Assembly: GCA_002348545.1 (NCBI GenBank)
Contig: DEBM01000013.1
Span: 52,345-116,344 of the forward strand
Reading direction: 5' to 3'
Length of the DNA: 64,000 nucleotides
Origin: Balneolaceae bacterium UBA2956
GTDB lineage: Bacteria; Bacteroidota; Rhodothermia; Balneolales; Balneolaceae
In this document: positions 19,855 to 29,738 of the stretch, in pieces
How positions within the stretch are numbered: the first letter of the stretch is position 1
Layout: each line of letters starts with the position of its first letter
The notes under the pieces: generated by a model
Databases searched by the model: none
What the model was told of the DNA's origin: nothing
The model's input: only the letters and a program-made list of their open reading frames with translations
Position numbers and translations under genes: made by a program

Positions 19855-22800
19855 TTATTTCAATAATAACATTCTTTTAGTAATAACCTTAGTACCCATT
19901 TGTAACTGATAAATGTATACCCCACTTGATAAGCTATTTGCTTCAAAAGTTACGCTATAATGCCCTGGCGCCATACGCTCATTTTTAAGTGTTTGCACTT
20001 TTTGACCTAAAATATTGTAAATCTCTAATTGAACGTTTGCAGATTCAGGAAGAGAAAAATCGATCTGAGTATTAGGATTAAAGGGGTTAGGATAGTTTTG
20101 CAGCAATTGAAATTCAGTTGGTAATGATCCAATATCTCCACTTGAAGTTGAAATACTCATATCCACATTTCCACTCCTACGATAATTTCCTTGATAGGTT
20201 GCCCATTGAGCCAGCTTTTGTTCCCATTTTGGACCAAACTCCTCTTCAAATGAACCATCATATCGCCAACCATCCCTGATTCTAACTAGTTTCCCACCCT
20301 GTGTAGCAACAAATACACTGCCATTAACATAGTTAATAGTATTCATTACTGATAAACTACTAGCTTCATCACCAGCTTCAATTTGATAATCCCATATTAA
20401 ATTACCCGTATCATCTATTGCATACACTCCACCAGAAGCATCACCAAAATAAATAATCCCATATTCATTTATTGAGGCTGTAGATGTTATAGAATCTGAC
20501 GCTCTATATGTCCATTGAACTTGACCATTGTCTCCATTGATCCCATAAAAAGTAGAATCTGATCCCCCCACTAGAATTAAACCATTTTCTGCAATAACAG
20601 GTGTTGTTTGGAAAATGGTGGCTAAATCAGTTTCCCATATGATTTGATCTGTACTTCCACCAGATAAATCAGGGCTCCATTTTCTGATGGTACCCGAGGC
20701 AAATGCCGCAACCAATTCATAATCCCTAGTCAGAGATAATGCTCCCAATAAACCATCATCAAATATTGTTTTACCGAGCGGTGACATCTCTTTAAACGAT
20801 ACTGAAGCATCTAAATCAAAGTAGGTAATATCACCTAATTTATTTGGTTGAGCTAAATATTTCTCAGATATAATAACTCCCGGATGTATTCCTGATCCTC
20901 CTAAATTGGAACTCCATTTTTGAATTCCTGCTGCCATGCCAATACCATAAATCTGATTATCCTTAGATGCTAGATAAAGGCGTTTTCTTTTTTCGTCAAT
21001 TACTGGGCTGGCTGAATGAACCCCACCAGTTGAAGAAGACCAATAGGGTACTGTGATTTTATGTTTCCACCAACTAAATAGACTATATTTACTAAGTTTC
21101 TGAGTACCTGATAACAAGTAAAAACTAGAGTCTGCTGCTATAGCTACAGGTGCTTGTAATGGTGCTGTTAAAACGAATTCATTTGATTCTTCCGGAGTCA
21201 TCAGACTTAAATTACCTCTACCATCGGGTTGAAAACTAAAGTTATTACCAAAAATGGATAACCCACTAGTTGGAACTAAATTAGTTCCTAAATCAATGAA
21301 ACCAGCGTCGACATAAACCGAAAAGCTAGAACTGTCACGGGCGCCATCGTTGTCAATTCCAATAACAGTTATGTGATTAGACCCTTGTTGCATATTAATA
21401 GATGGATTCTTTTCATCTGAAACCAATTCTTTTCCAACAAACCAAAGGGTAGAATCAATTAGCCCATCGTTATCAAATCCTTGGAAAACAAAAGAAAGTT
21501 CAAATTGGTCATTTTCTTGATTGTGTATGTATATATCGTCATATGGGGCAACAGATGGTAGAGTGTTATATGGCGTTCCAATGACTATATCTGATAAATC
21601 ACCTTCATTTGATAATGAATCTACACCACTTATGAAGTAGTAATATAGCAACCCATTTTCAACAGTCGAATCACTGTAAAATGTGTCAGTAGCAAGTGTA
21701 ATATCAATAATTTCAACAGTGTCGGGGTGTGAGCCACGATATATATTATGATATTCTAAATCAGGATCTGTAATTAAAGCCCAGTCAATTTCGACCAGGG
21801 AATTAGCACTGTATACCGATTCAATGATTGGTTTTGATGGGCCCGTTATATCGATAATGTATCCAGGCGTTGATTCTGACAGCTCTCCTTCAAGAGCAGG
21901 ATCGAAAGAAAATAAAGGATCTGATATAGAAGAATCCACCGCACTAATTCGGTAGAATGTCTGGATACTAAAATCAGTTATCTTATCCTCAAATATTCTA
22001 AGATCTGCTTCTACACTGTCATATAGTGATACTGCGGTTGAATCTAGTCCTTTGTATATCTTATACCACTCTACATCATCATCCGGAGTAGACTCCCACT
22101 CAAGCACCAATTTATCATCTTGAATAGTTTGAATAATATTGGATGGTGGAGATGGGGGATTATCATCTCCTGTTTGTATTCTTACAAATCGTGTGTCCCC
22201 TTCATTCCCTGCTAAATCAACGGATGTTACCCAGTAGGTATATGAAGTCTGAATACTTAGATCTTTGTCATCAACCCAATTAAATAATAACTCAATAGAA
22301 TCCTTTTTTGCCTGTTCAAATGTTTCAAGAGGTATTGATAAAGAGTCAAAAAGCTCAATAGATTCGTTTTTTAATTCATCTAATGGATAAATACCCCCCG
22401 ACCATAGCCAGGTTGCATCTATTGTATCTACAAAAGCTTCTACTGCAACTTCAGTTGATAATATTCTGTATATATTGAAGTGCGACAATTCATCAAAAGG
22501 ATCTACTTTCCACTCAAAATCAAATACCCTTGTATCTAAACGTTTTGCTGTTAAACTAATAGGAGAAGTAGGTGGTTCTACATCAAGAGGAGGTGCAATT
22601 TCATTAATAAATATTGACTTTTTCTCAGAAATGTCTCCTAAATATATATCATACATCCGAGCTTGAGCAGAGTAACGATAAGTAGCACCTACAAATACAT
22701 CAAAATCAATAAATCTCCCTGTTTTTAGTGTATCAATTTGAAGTAGTTCATCCTGATTTGACCACTTGTACAAATAAATAGCGTCTAATTTTGAAAGGAG

Positions 22801-25212
22801 TGAATCAGGATAGGTTATATCAATCTGTATTGCAGAATTAAGACCATCATTAAAACTAGTATCTATTTGCATTATATTAACATCAGGAGATGCAAATAAA
22901 TCTGGGGTAACATTTGGATGTTCTATTGCCCCTAAATCATTCTTATATGAGTCTCTTTTTTGATCTAAAAAATCAAACGGTATATCAACAGAAGGATTGC
23001 CGCTTCCAATAACAGTTGACTGAGGTTGCAGACGAAAATTCGATAAATCTTCAGACACAACTAATGAATTAAACAAAATCTGGTCAATATTATTGATATG
23101 TATTAAAGAAGAATTTTGATTGTTTAATAACTTAATATGTGATGCTTCAACAGCATCACGATCAGGTCTTACCAAATTAGTGTCAATAGCGACATTTGTT
23201 AATTTAACTCCTAACCCTTGAAATCCCTTTTCTCCTACCTGGAGCTCGTCTCTGTCAGCTATAATACTATTCTGAAATTCAAAATTTATTGCGCCAACTA
23301 AATCCGTTATATAACTTTTTGTATTTAAAATATTAACATGAACATATTTAATCGTATCCTCTTTTTGTGTTGAAGTATATAAGTGATTTTTATGTTCTGA
23401 TAAGTTTGAATTTTCATTAAATATTGAGTTGTAAACAGAGTAAGAACTATGAGATCCTATAATAGCTTGATCAAAGTGAGAAATGTATGCCTTTTCTAAC
23501 CTCATGCTTGTCCCATAATTGAGGTGAATCCCAACTCCAGATTTTTTTCCATCATTAGTTCCAGTAATATCTAATCCCAAAAAATGTACCCCATGATTGA
23601 GAGGCCAAGCACTAGCAGTGAATTTTTGAGCATTCAACTGAATTAATGTATCGACATTATTTGGTTTAATAATGCGTGGCTTTTCAAAATGAGCCGTATT
23701 TCGTATGGTAAGAGGGTGACTAATTCTTAGTTGTTCTTGATACTCCCCAGTACCTACAAAGATGGTGTCTCCTGGCTCACTTCTACCAATAGCTTCTTGT
23801 ATAAATTCATAATCACCTTCTCCAGTCTTATTCACAAGCCATGTAAGGAAAGGTGTGGTCACATTTACAGTATCAGAAAATTCACTTTTCAATGCGGGAT
23901 CAAAATGAACAAGTGGATCGCCATTAGTAGAATCAATTGCAGCTAGAGTGTAATTATATGAATGTCTATTTATGATATCAGAATCTGTATAATTGAGTTG
24001 TTCTGAGCCAAATATGCCTATCAGTTCAAATGAAGTTTCATTTGAACTGAATTTCTCAAAACCTATGTCAACACTTACTCCATATGCGCCATTAAGTTTT
24101 CGAAATTTATCGACATAATCAGAAGCTTCAATTATTGATTCACTTATTTCTTCAGGTATATAATAAGTTATCCAAGCAGACCCAGTATTATCATAGGAAA
24201 TTGGTCCTTCATAAATATCTAATAATTTAAGTGCGTCTATTGAAGATGCGTCTATAGAATCGGGAAATTCTCTCTTGTCTAAGAGTAATTGATGAGTTTG
24301 GGTGTTTGTATCCCAATTAAACAACACCATTTTTTCTACATTTCCAGGTGTCGCGGTCACTCGTTCCAATATGATATTATTCTCCTTTAAGCCATCAAAA
24401 AAGAGATTTTCAGAGCGATATAAAACATACCGTTCTATATCGGAATTCTCTTGTGCAGTCCATTCTAAATAAACCTGAGACTCATTTTGTTGAACAATTA
24501 CGAAATCAGGTTTTTTGGGTGGCTCTGTATCTCCCGATCTAATATTTATAAACTCACCTAGACTTTCATTATTAATGGAATCGAAAGCCGTAACCCAGAA
24601 TTGATAGTGAGTCAAGTCTTCTAGTTCTTGTATCTGTTTACTCAGAGCTTGGTTAATGGGAGCCGGAGAGTCTACTATAAGTGAATCAATTAAAACGACT
24701 CCATCCAATTTCCATGGTTTTTTTAGCTCATCCTCAGTCCATTCGCTATCAAGGTTCCCTTTAAGCATATAAATCCGATATCCCTTTAGATCTAAATCTT
24801 GACCCGTAAACCAATCTAATTGTACCGTTTTCGCATCTACTAATTCAGATGTAAGTTGAAGCGGCTTCATTGGTGGAATAGTATCCGAGTCTAAGATTGT
24901 CAATTGACCTCCTAAGAAAGAAGCGGGAGAATTGCCTCCATCAAAGAATAAGTCTTTAATCTCAAATTTTGTTTTTCCAGTAGCTTTCAACTCTATTTGC
25001 AACTGAGGTACACTCGTCACATTGTCGATTTCTGAGCCATTTACTAAATTTTTACCAATAACCCCTGAATTATTTGGTAATTCAATTACTGCGCTATCTT
25101 GTAGTACATAGTTAGTGAATATGTCATTATCAGAAGCATAGACATAGTTCGACACAATCAAAAGTAGTGTTGAAAAAAATACTCTACTAAACCATTTTGC
25201 CCATTTATCCAT
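19855..25212 (-). CDS. giant multidomain T9SS-secreted surface protein (Fn3-like repeats, beta-helix, PKD-like domain, PQQ-like beta-propeller, Por C-terminal domain)
   Basis: 1785 aa with a signal peptide (LLLIVSNYVYASD). It has five Fn3-like modules, each with PPxxP...W...L.GY.IYR-type signatures. A beta-helix-type start is GEGDYEFIQEAIGRSEPGDTIFVGTGEYQEQL. A PKD-like segment is HITVIGIDNDGARDSSSF. PQQ-like repeats include YGINGDNGQVQWTY and VYAIDDTGNLIWDY. The C-terminus NYPNPFNPNTQIDFSLPESANVQLEIYNILGQKV...GVYIYQLQ is a Por_Secre_tail pattern. Confidence 0.8.
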   Translation of the reverse strand: MDKWAKWFSRVFFSTLLLIVSNYVYASDNDIFTNYVLQDSAVIELPNNSGVIGKNLVNGSEIDNVTSVPQLQIELKATGKTKFEIKDLFFDGGNSPASFLGGQLTILDSDTIPPMKPLQLTSELVDAKTVQLDWFTGQDLDLKGYRIYMLKGNLDSEWTEDELKKPWKLDGVVLIDSLIVDSPAPINQALSKQIQELEDLTHYQFWVTAFDSINNESLGEFINIRSGDTEPPKKPDFVIVQQNESQVYLEWTAQENSDIERYVLYRSENLFFDGLKENNIILERVTATPGNVEKMVLFNWDTNTQTHQLLLDKREFPDSIDASSIDALKLLDIYEGPISYDNTGSAWITYYIPEEISESIIEASDYVDKFRKLNGAYGVSVDIGFEKFSSNETSFELIGIFGSEQLNYTDSDIINRHSYNYTLAAIDSTNGDPLVHFDPALKSEFSDTVNVTTPFLTWLVNKTGEGDYEFIQEAIGRSEPGDTIFVGTGEYQEQLRISHPLTIRNTAHFEKPRIIKPNNVDTLIQLNAQKFTASAWPLNHGVHFLGLDITGTNDGKKSGVGIHLNYGTSMRLEKAYISHFDQAIIGSHSSYSVYNSIFNENSNLSEHKNHLYTSTQKEDTIKYVHVNILNTKSYITDLVGAINFEFQNSIIADRDELQVGEKGFQGLGVKLTNVAIDTNLVRPDRDAVEASHIKLLNNQNSSLIHINNIDQILFNSLVVSEDLSNFRLQPQSTVIGSGNPSVDIPFDFLDQKRDSYKNDLGAIEHPNVTPDLFASPDVNIMQIDTSFNDGLNSAIQIDITYPDSLLSKLDAIYLYKWSNQDELLQIDTLKTGRFIDFDVFVGATYRYSAQARMYDIYLGDISEKKSIFINEIAPPLDVEPPTSPISLTAKRLDTRVFDFEWKVDPFDELSHFNIYRILSTEVAVEAFVDTIDATWLWSGGIYPLDELKNESIELFDSLSIPLETFEQAKKDSIELLFNWVDDKDLSIQTSYTYWVTSVDLAGNEGDTRFVRIQTGDDNPPSPPSNIIQTIQDDKLVLEWESTPDDDVEWYKIYKGLDSTAVSLYDSVEADLRIFEDKITDFSIQTFYRISAVDSSISDPLFSFDPALEGELSESTPGYIIDITGPSKPIIESVYSANSLVEIDWALITDPDLEYHNIYRGSHPDTVEIIDITLATDTFYSDSTVENGLLYYYFISGVDSLSNEGDLSDIVIGTPYNTLPSVAPYDDIYIHNQENDQFELSFVFQGFDNDGLIDSTLWFVGKELVSDEKNPSINMQQGSNHITVIGIDNDGARDSSSFSVYVDAGFIDLGTNLVPTSGLSIFGNNFSFQPDGRGNLSLMTPEESNEFVLTAPLQAPVAIAADSSFYLLSGTQKLSKYSLFSWWKHKITVPYWSSSTGGVHSASPVIDEKRKRLYLASKDNQIYGIGMAAGIQKWSSNLGGSGIHPGVIISEKYLAQPNKLGDITYFDLDASVSFKEMSPLGKTIFDDGLLGALSLTRDYELVAAFASGTIRKWSPDLSGGSTDQIIWETDLATIFQTTPVIAENGLILVGGSDSTFYGINGDNGQVQWTYRASDSITSTASINEYGIIYFGDASGGVYAIDDTGNLIWDYQIEAGDEASSLSVMNTINYVNGSVFVATQGGKLVRIRDGWRYDGSFEEEFGPKWEQKLAQWATYQGNYRRSGNVDMSISTSSGDIGSLPTEFQLLQNYPNPFNPNTQIDFSLPESANVQLEIYNILGQKVQTLKNERMAPGHYSVTFEANSLSSGVYIYQLQMGTKVITKRMLLLK

Positions 25213-25750
25213 GGAAATAACAATTCTAATTACCCTTCTACAAAATAATATATTTATCGGTCATTTAACTAAAAACCTAAAGGGTATTCAAACTAACTAT
25301 TATTATTAAATATTACGATAAATATTAATTTAAGTTATAGAAATTATGAAATTTATCTTTGTTTGTATGTTATTAGATAGGATGCTTTATCAAGCTCACT
25401 TAAAATTATGATTAATTCAAACACAGAGTTTATTTACTGCATGCATTACTCTCTAACACCCACCAACGCGTATAAGCCTTGAAAAAGCAACTATTGGGGA
25501 AAAGAGCTATAGCAGTATATCTTCAACCTGAAAAAATCGACTCTTACTTAATAAATATAAAAAAATTTTAAAGAGGCCGCTTCTCGTAAATAATCCTATA
25601 AGACATGGTTACAAGGGAATTAAAGAACAAAGGTATAAGAATAATCCAAACTAGGATTTGTGCACAAATTGTAAAATCAAATATATCAGATAGAATCTAT
25701 AATTATTTATAAATACATTCGAATAAACGAAAGTAAAATTAACAAAGACT

Positions 25751-27331
25751 ATGATAAGTTTAAAAATGTGCAATTCGCGGGTGTTTTTTATGACCCTAAC
25801 TTTTTTCATTATTGGAGCATTAGAACTACCGTTATTTGCTCAACAAATGACTAATAATTCAATCTGGTTGGACCCCAATACTTACGAAGGTACGCATGAA
25901 CCGGAAATAACTGCCTCTCGAATCCTCCCCGCGGAATCAGCATCGGTAACCGATCATACCCTCACAATCAATGGTAAAAAAGTGCCCTATCGCGCTACTG
26001 CCGGAACTCAGCCGGTATGGGACGATTATGGTGTCGTACAAGCCTCCCTTTTCTATACTTTCTATGAGCGTACCGATGTGGAATCCTACGAGCGAAGACC
26101 TCTGGTAATATCCTTTAACGGAGGGCCCGGCTCAGCTTCAGTGTGGATGCACCTGGCATATACCGGACCAAGTGTTTTAAATATTGATGAAGAAGGCTAT
26201 CCCATTCAACCCTATGGATATCAGGATAATCCCTACTCCATTTTAGATGTAGCGGACATAGTTTTTGTAAACCCCGTGAATACCGGCTACTCGCGAATTC
26301 TGCATCCAGAGGCAGACCGTAAACAATTCTTCGGGGTAAATCAAGATATCGCATATCTGGCCGAATGGATTAACACCTTTGTAAGCCGAGTAGACCGTTG
26401 GGCCTCTCCCAAATATCTAATTGGCGAAAGTTACGGGACTACCCGTGTTTCAGGATTAGCTAACGTTCTTCAAAATCGTCATTGGATGTACATTAATGGG
26501 GTCATCTTGGTATCTCCTACTGGTTTAGGAATCGACCGATCCGGTCCTGTTAGTCAAGCCAACCGCTTGCCGTATTACACCGCCGCCGCGTGGTATCATG
26601 AGCAGCTTCCAGAAGATCTTCAGTCCCAAGACCTACTCGATGTATTGGCGACATCAGAAGAGTTTACCCAAAATGAACTCATCCCGATCCTTGCTAAAGG
26701 GGCTTGGATGAGTGCTGATGAAAAAGAACATGCTATCACTCAATTTGCGCGTTATTCTGGGCTAGCTCAAGAAGTTATCAGACAACACAACCTAGATATA
26801 CCCACCTCTTTTTTTTGGAAAGACCTACTACGACACGAAGGCCACACTGTAGGGCGACTAGATTCACGCTACAAAGGCCTCGATCGCTCGGATGCCGGAA
26901 CTCGTCCTGACTTTAACTCTGAGCTTACCTCATGGCTTCATTCCTTTACCCCAGCCATTAATATGTACTTTAAGCAAAAACTCAACTATGACACCGATGT
27001 GAAATACAATATGTTTGGCCCAGTAAGTCCTTGGGATCGAAGTGGCAACAGAACCGGTGAACAACTACGTGGTGCCATGGCGCAAAATCCCTACCTACAT
27101 GTACTTATTCAGGGCGGCTACTACGACGGCGCCACCACCTATTACGACGCAAAATATACTATGTGGCATCTTGATCCTTCCGGAAAAATGAAAGATCGTC
27201 TCGAATTCAAAGGTTACCGGAGCGGTCACATGATGTACCTGCGCCGAGAGGATCTGAAAAATGCCAATGACGATATACGTTCCTTTATCCAAAAAAGCTT
27301 GGCACCCACCGGCACTCCTGCTAAATATTAG
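25751..27331 (+). CDS. S10-family serine carboxypeptidase-like peptidase, exported
   Basis: It has a signal peptide, NGGPGSASVWMHL, and the nucleophile motif GESYGTTRV. A C-terminal YRSGHMMY His region is present. Confidence 0.8.
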   Translation: MISLKMCNSRVFFMTLTFFIIGALELPLFAQQMTNNSIWLDPNTYEGTHEPEITASRILPAESASVTDHTLTINGKKVPYRATAGTQPVWDDYGVVQASLFYTFYERTDVESYERRPLVISFNGGPGSASVWMHLAYTGPSVLNIDEEGYPIQPYGYQDNPYSILDVADIVFVNPVNTGYSRILHPEADRKQFFGVNQDIAYLAEWINTFVSRVDRWASPKYLIGESYGTTRVSGLANVLQNRHWMYINGVILVSPTGLGIDRSGPVSQANRLPYYTAAAWYHEQLPEDLQSQDLLDVLATSEEFTQNELIPILAKGAWMSADEKEHAITQFARYSGLAQEVIRQHNLDIPTSFFWKDLLRHEGHTVGRLDSRYKGLDRSDAGTRPDFNSELTSWLHSFTPAINMYFKQKLNYDTDVKYNMFGPVSPWDRSGNRTGEQLRGAMAQNPYLHVLIQGGYYDGATTYYDAKYTMWHLDPSGKMKDRLEFKGYRSGHMMYLRREDLKNANDDIRSFIQKSLAPTGTPAKY

Positions 27332-27341
27332 AACCTATACC

Positions 27342-28571
27342 ATGCGATTCCTAACTCCTATTTCCATATTTCTTTTTCTTTTTTGGGTTCCAACAAATGC
27401 TCAAAACCCCGCCATTACCGAGCCTTACTATCCAGGTAATTGGGGGGAGTGGGATATATTGAGCCCAGAAGCCTCTGGCTTTAATCCCGTAAAGTTACAA
27501 GAAGCCATCGATTATGCCATTTCTATGGAAAGTGAAAATCCTCGGAATATGGAAATCAACCATTATGGTACCTTTGGAAGAGAACCATTTGGTGAGGGTA
27601 TAGGGCCTTTTAAAAGCCGGGGAGAAATGACTGGAATTATTGTGAAAAATGGATATATCGTGGCCGAGTGGGGAACCCCATTTCGGGTCGATATGACACA
27701 CAGCGTAACCAAAAGTTTCTTGAGCACGACCGTAGGACTGGCTTGGGATGATGGTCTCATTCGAGATATACACGACAAAGTAGCCCCTTATATGGGGCCC
27801 ATATTGGTCATAGACGACATATACAACAGAGATAAAGGATCCGAAGTGGGTGAGGCCTATTTTCTGGAGCCCTTTCATTCGGATCATAATACCCAAATTA
27901 CTTGGGAACATTTACTGCAACAAACCTCAGACTGGGAAGGAACTCTATTCGGGAAACCCGATTGGGCCGATCGTCCCTCCAGAGAGCGAAGTGAATGGAT
28001 CACTCGTGAGCGTCATACGCCGGGAAGTGTATGGGAATACAACGATGTGCGAGTAAACCTACTAGCTCTTGCTACTTTAAACATATGGAGGCAGCCCCTT
28101 CCCCAAGTACTCAAAGAACGCGTCATGGACAAAATTGGAGCCTCTCCCACATGGCGTTGGCATGGATACGAAAACTCTTGGGTACTGATAGATGGAAAAC
28201 AGATGCAAAGCGTAAGCGGTGGAGGTCATTGGGGCGGAGGGATGTTTATTAGTGCGCGGGATCAGGCGCGCTTTGGGTTACTGACTTTGCGTGAAGGAAG
28301 TTGGAAAGGCGAGCAGCTAGTATCCAAGGAATGGATAAGAATGTCAAAAAATCCCACACAGGTCCGACCAAATTATGGGTATATGAACTACTTCCTAAAT
28401 CCAAATCGCGAAGCTATGCCAGCAGCTCCTGAATCAGCTTTATGGCATTTGGGTGCGGGTAATAATATGGTATACGTAGACCCTAAAAACGATTTGGTTA
28501 TTGTCGCTCGATGGATTCAAGGCACCGGGATGAACGGGTTGGTAGAGCGAATATTAGCTGCGATGGAATAG
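27342..28571 (+). CDS. beta-lactamase-fold serine hydrolase, exported
   Basis: I prefer the start at Met 28 of the track ORF (MRFLTPISIFLFLFWVPTNAQ signal), 10 nt after the upstream stop. It carries the SxxK motif SVTKSF and a later HWGGG. Confidence 0.7.
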   Translation: MRFLTPISIFLFLFWVPTNAQNPAITEPYYPGNWGEWDILSPEASGFNPVKLQEAIDYAISMESENPRNMEINHYGTFGREPFGEGIGPFKSRGEMTGIIVKNGYIVAEWGTPFRVDMTHSVTKSFLSTTVGLAWDDGLIRDIHDKVAPYMGPILVIDDIYNRDKGSEVGEAYFLEPFHSDHNTQITWEHLLQQTSDWEGTLFGKPDWADRPSRERSEWITRERHTPGSVWEYNDVRVNLLALATLNIWRQPLPQVLKERVMDKIGASPTWRWHGYENSWVLIDGKQMQSVSGGGHWGGGMFISARDQARFGLLTLREGSWKGEQLVSKEWIRMSKNPTQVRPNYGYMNYFLNPNREAMPAAPESALWHLGAGNNMVYVDPKNDLVIVARWIQGTGMNGLVERILAAME

Positions 28572-28680
28572 TATTCTCGAATACTAAATAAAATCCAAAA
28601 AAACATTTTATCTCTGGGTGGTTTTTATACATCAGTTTATACTATTACTAATAATTCCTATCCTATATATTCAATTCATT

Positions 28681-29733
28681 ATGTATCATAGCCCAACGTA
28701 TTTAAAAAAGGTATTTATTATACCGCAAAAGCTGAATTATGCGCCCTTTTTTCTTTTACTAGCAGCTACATTTCTGTTTCAGTGTTCGTCTAAGCAGCCA
28801 TACAATGAAGATCAAACAACATCCCTGAATGTCAAGAAAGCATCCTGGTCTATCATTGATACAATCGATTACACTACCTTAAATGCAGATATTGAATTAG
28901 GTAAACCAACCATGGATGTGGGGGTCTACCTTCCATCCAACCTAGATCCTGATTTTAAAAAAATAACACTGCACCGTATCGTGACAGGTTTACAAGCTGC
29001 AAAGGAAATTTATGCACCCACAGGTGTACAAGTAAATGTGCTGTGGATAAAAACAGGTGAGATAAACCCATCGTATCTTTCAATTCAGGCCAATAAAGTC
29101 CCTGGCATACCAAATACCGGATACATCAACCTATATAAACACAGCCAGCGGCACCCCGCTGAGCTTACAGAACATGCTTCTAATGCATTAGAGCATATAA
29201 TTGAAGTGGAGGAAGACAGTCATCGAACTCTTTATTTTGTTGTATTTCAGGATGTTTTTTACCCCTTTTTAACCGTTTCAGAAGGCCGTAATTGGATTAT
29301 GAAGACCGTTCGTACTGGTGGCTTATCCTTTCCTTCCTATTCCTATCCTGGGACTATTCCTAAACCTTATCGAGGGGTAATCAGCCTTTCGAATCTTGAG
29401 CGACCCGATCGGCAGCGCCGTACCATTGCTCATGAAATTGGCCACAAAGTCATGAATGTAAGTCATGAGTACATGGATATTAGCCCTGAACATGAAGTAT
29501 ATGCCGATGGCGGACTCATGGTCTATGGTAATGGAGAGGAAATTCCATCAGAAGAGGCCGGAAGATGGCATCTTGAACGACTATTATTATCTCCTTATCT
29601 GTATGTATTAGACTCGAACGGACTTAAAAAATGGAATCCAGATTACCAGGAAAACGGGCACTACTATGATCCTATCTACGTGAATTATAGTATTGATTTC
29701 CCAGGGACCCCCGCCATAGCAGAGGATTGGTAA
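28681..29733 (+). CDS. uncharacterised lipoprotein with an HExxH zinc-protease motif
   Basis: I prefer the ATG at 28681. The lipobox-like signal is LLLAATFLFQCSS and the motif is TIAHEIGHKVMNVSHE. I recognise no other family signature. Confidence 0.55.
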   Translation: MYHSPTYLKKVFIIPQKLNYAPFFLLLAATFLFQCSSKQPYNEDQTTSLNVKKASWSIIDTIDYTTLNADIELGKPTMDVGVYLPSNLDPDFKKITLHRIVTGLQAAKEIYAPTGVQVNVLWIKTGEINPSYLSIQANKVPGIPNTGYINLYKHSQRHPAELTEHASNALEHIIEVEEDSHRTLYFVVFQDVFYPFLTVSEGRNWIMKTVRTGGLSFPSYSYPGTIPKPYRGVISLSNLERPDRQRRTIAHEIGHKVMNVSHEYMDISPEHEVYADGGLMVYGNGEEIPSEEAGRWHLERLLLSPYLYVLDSNGLKKWNPDYQENGHYYDPIYVNYSIDFPGTPAIAEDW

Positions 29734-29738
29734 TAAAA

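Noticed and set aside
25656-25669. Perfect 14-nt palindrome atttgtgcacaaat about 82 nt upstream of the S10 peptidase gene, and the palindrome gcaaatttgc at 19829-19838
   Set aside because: 7-bp-arm palindromes are expected a few times by chance in 64 kb of AT-biased sequence. I found no second copy or partner motif, so I am not calling an operator.
27261-27341. N-terminal extensions of track ORFs (27261 for the serine hydrolase, 46383 for the transglycosylase, and 3663-3749 for trhO)
   Set aside because: The extensions overlap neighbouring genes or precede an obvious signal peptide or conserved N-terminus that starts at an internal Met. The internal starts give compact, non-overlapping gene spacing.
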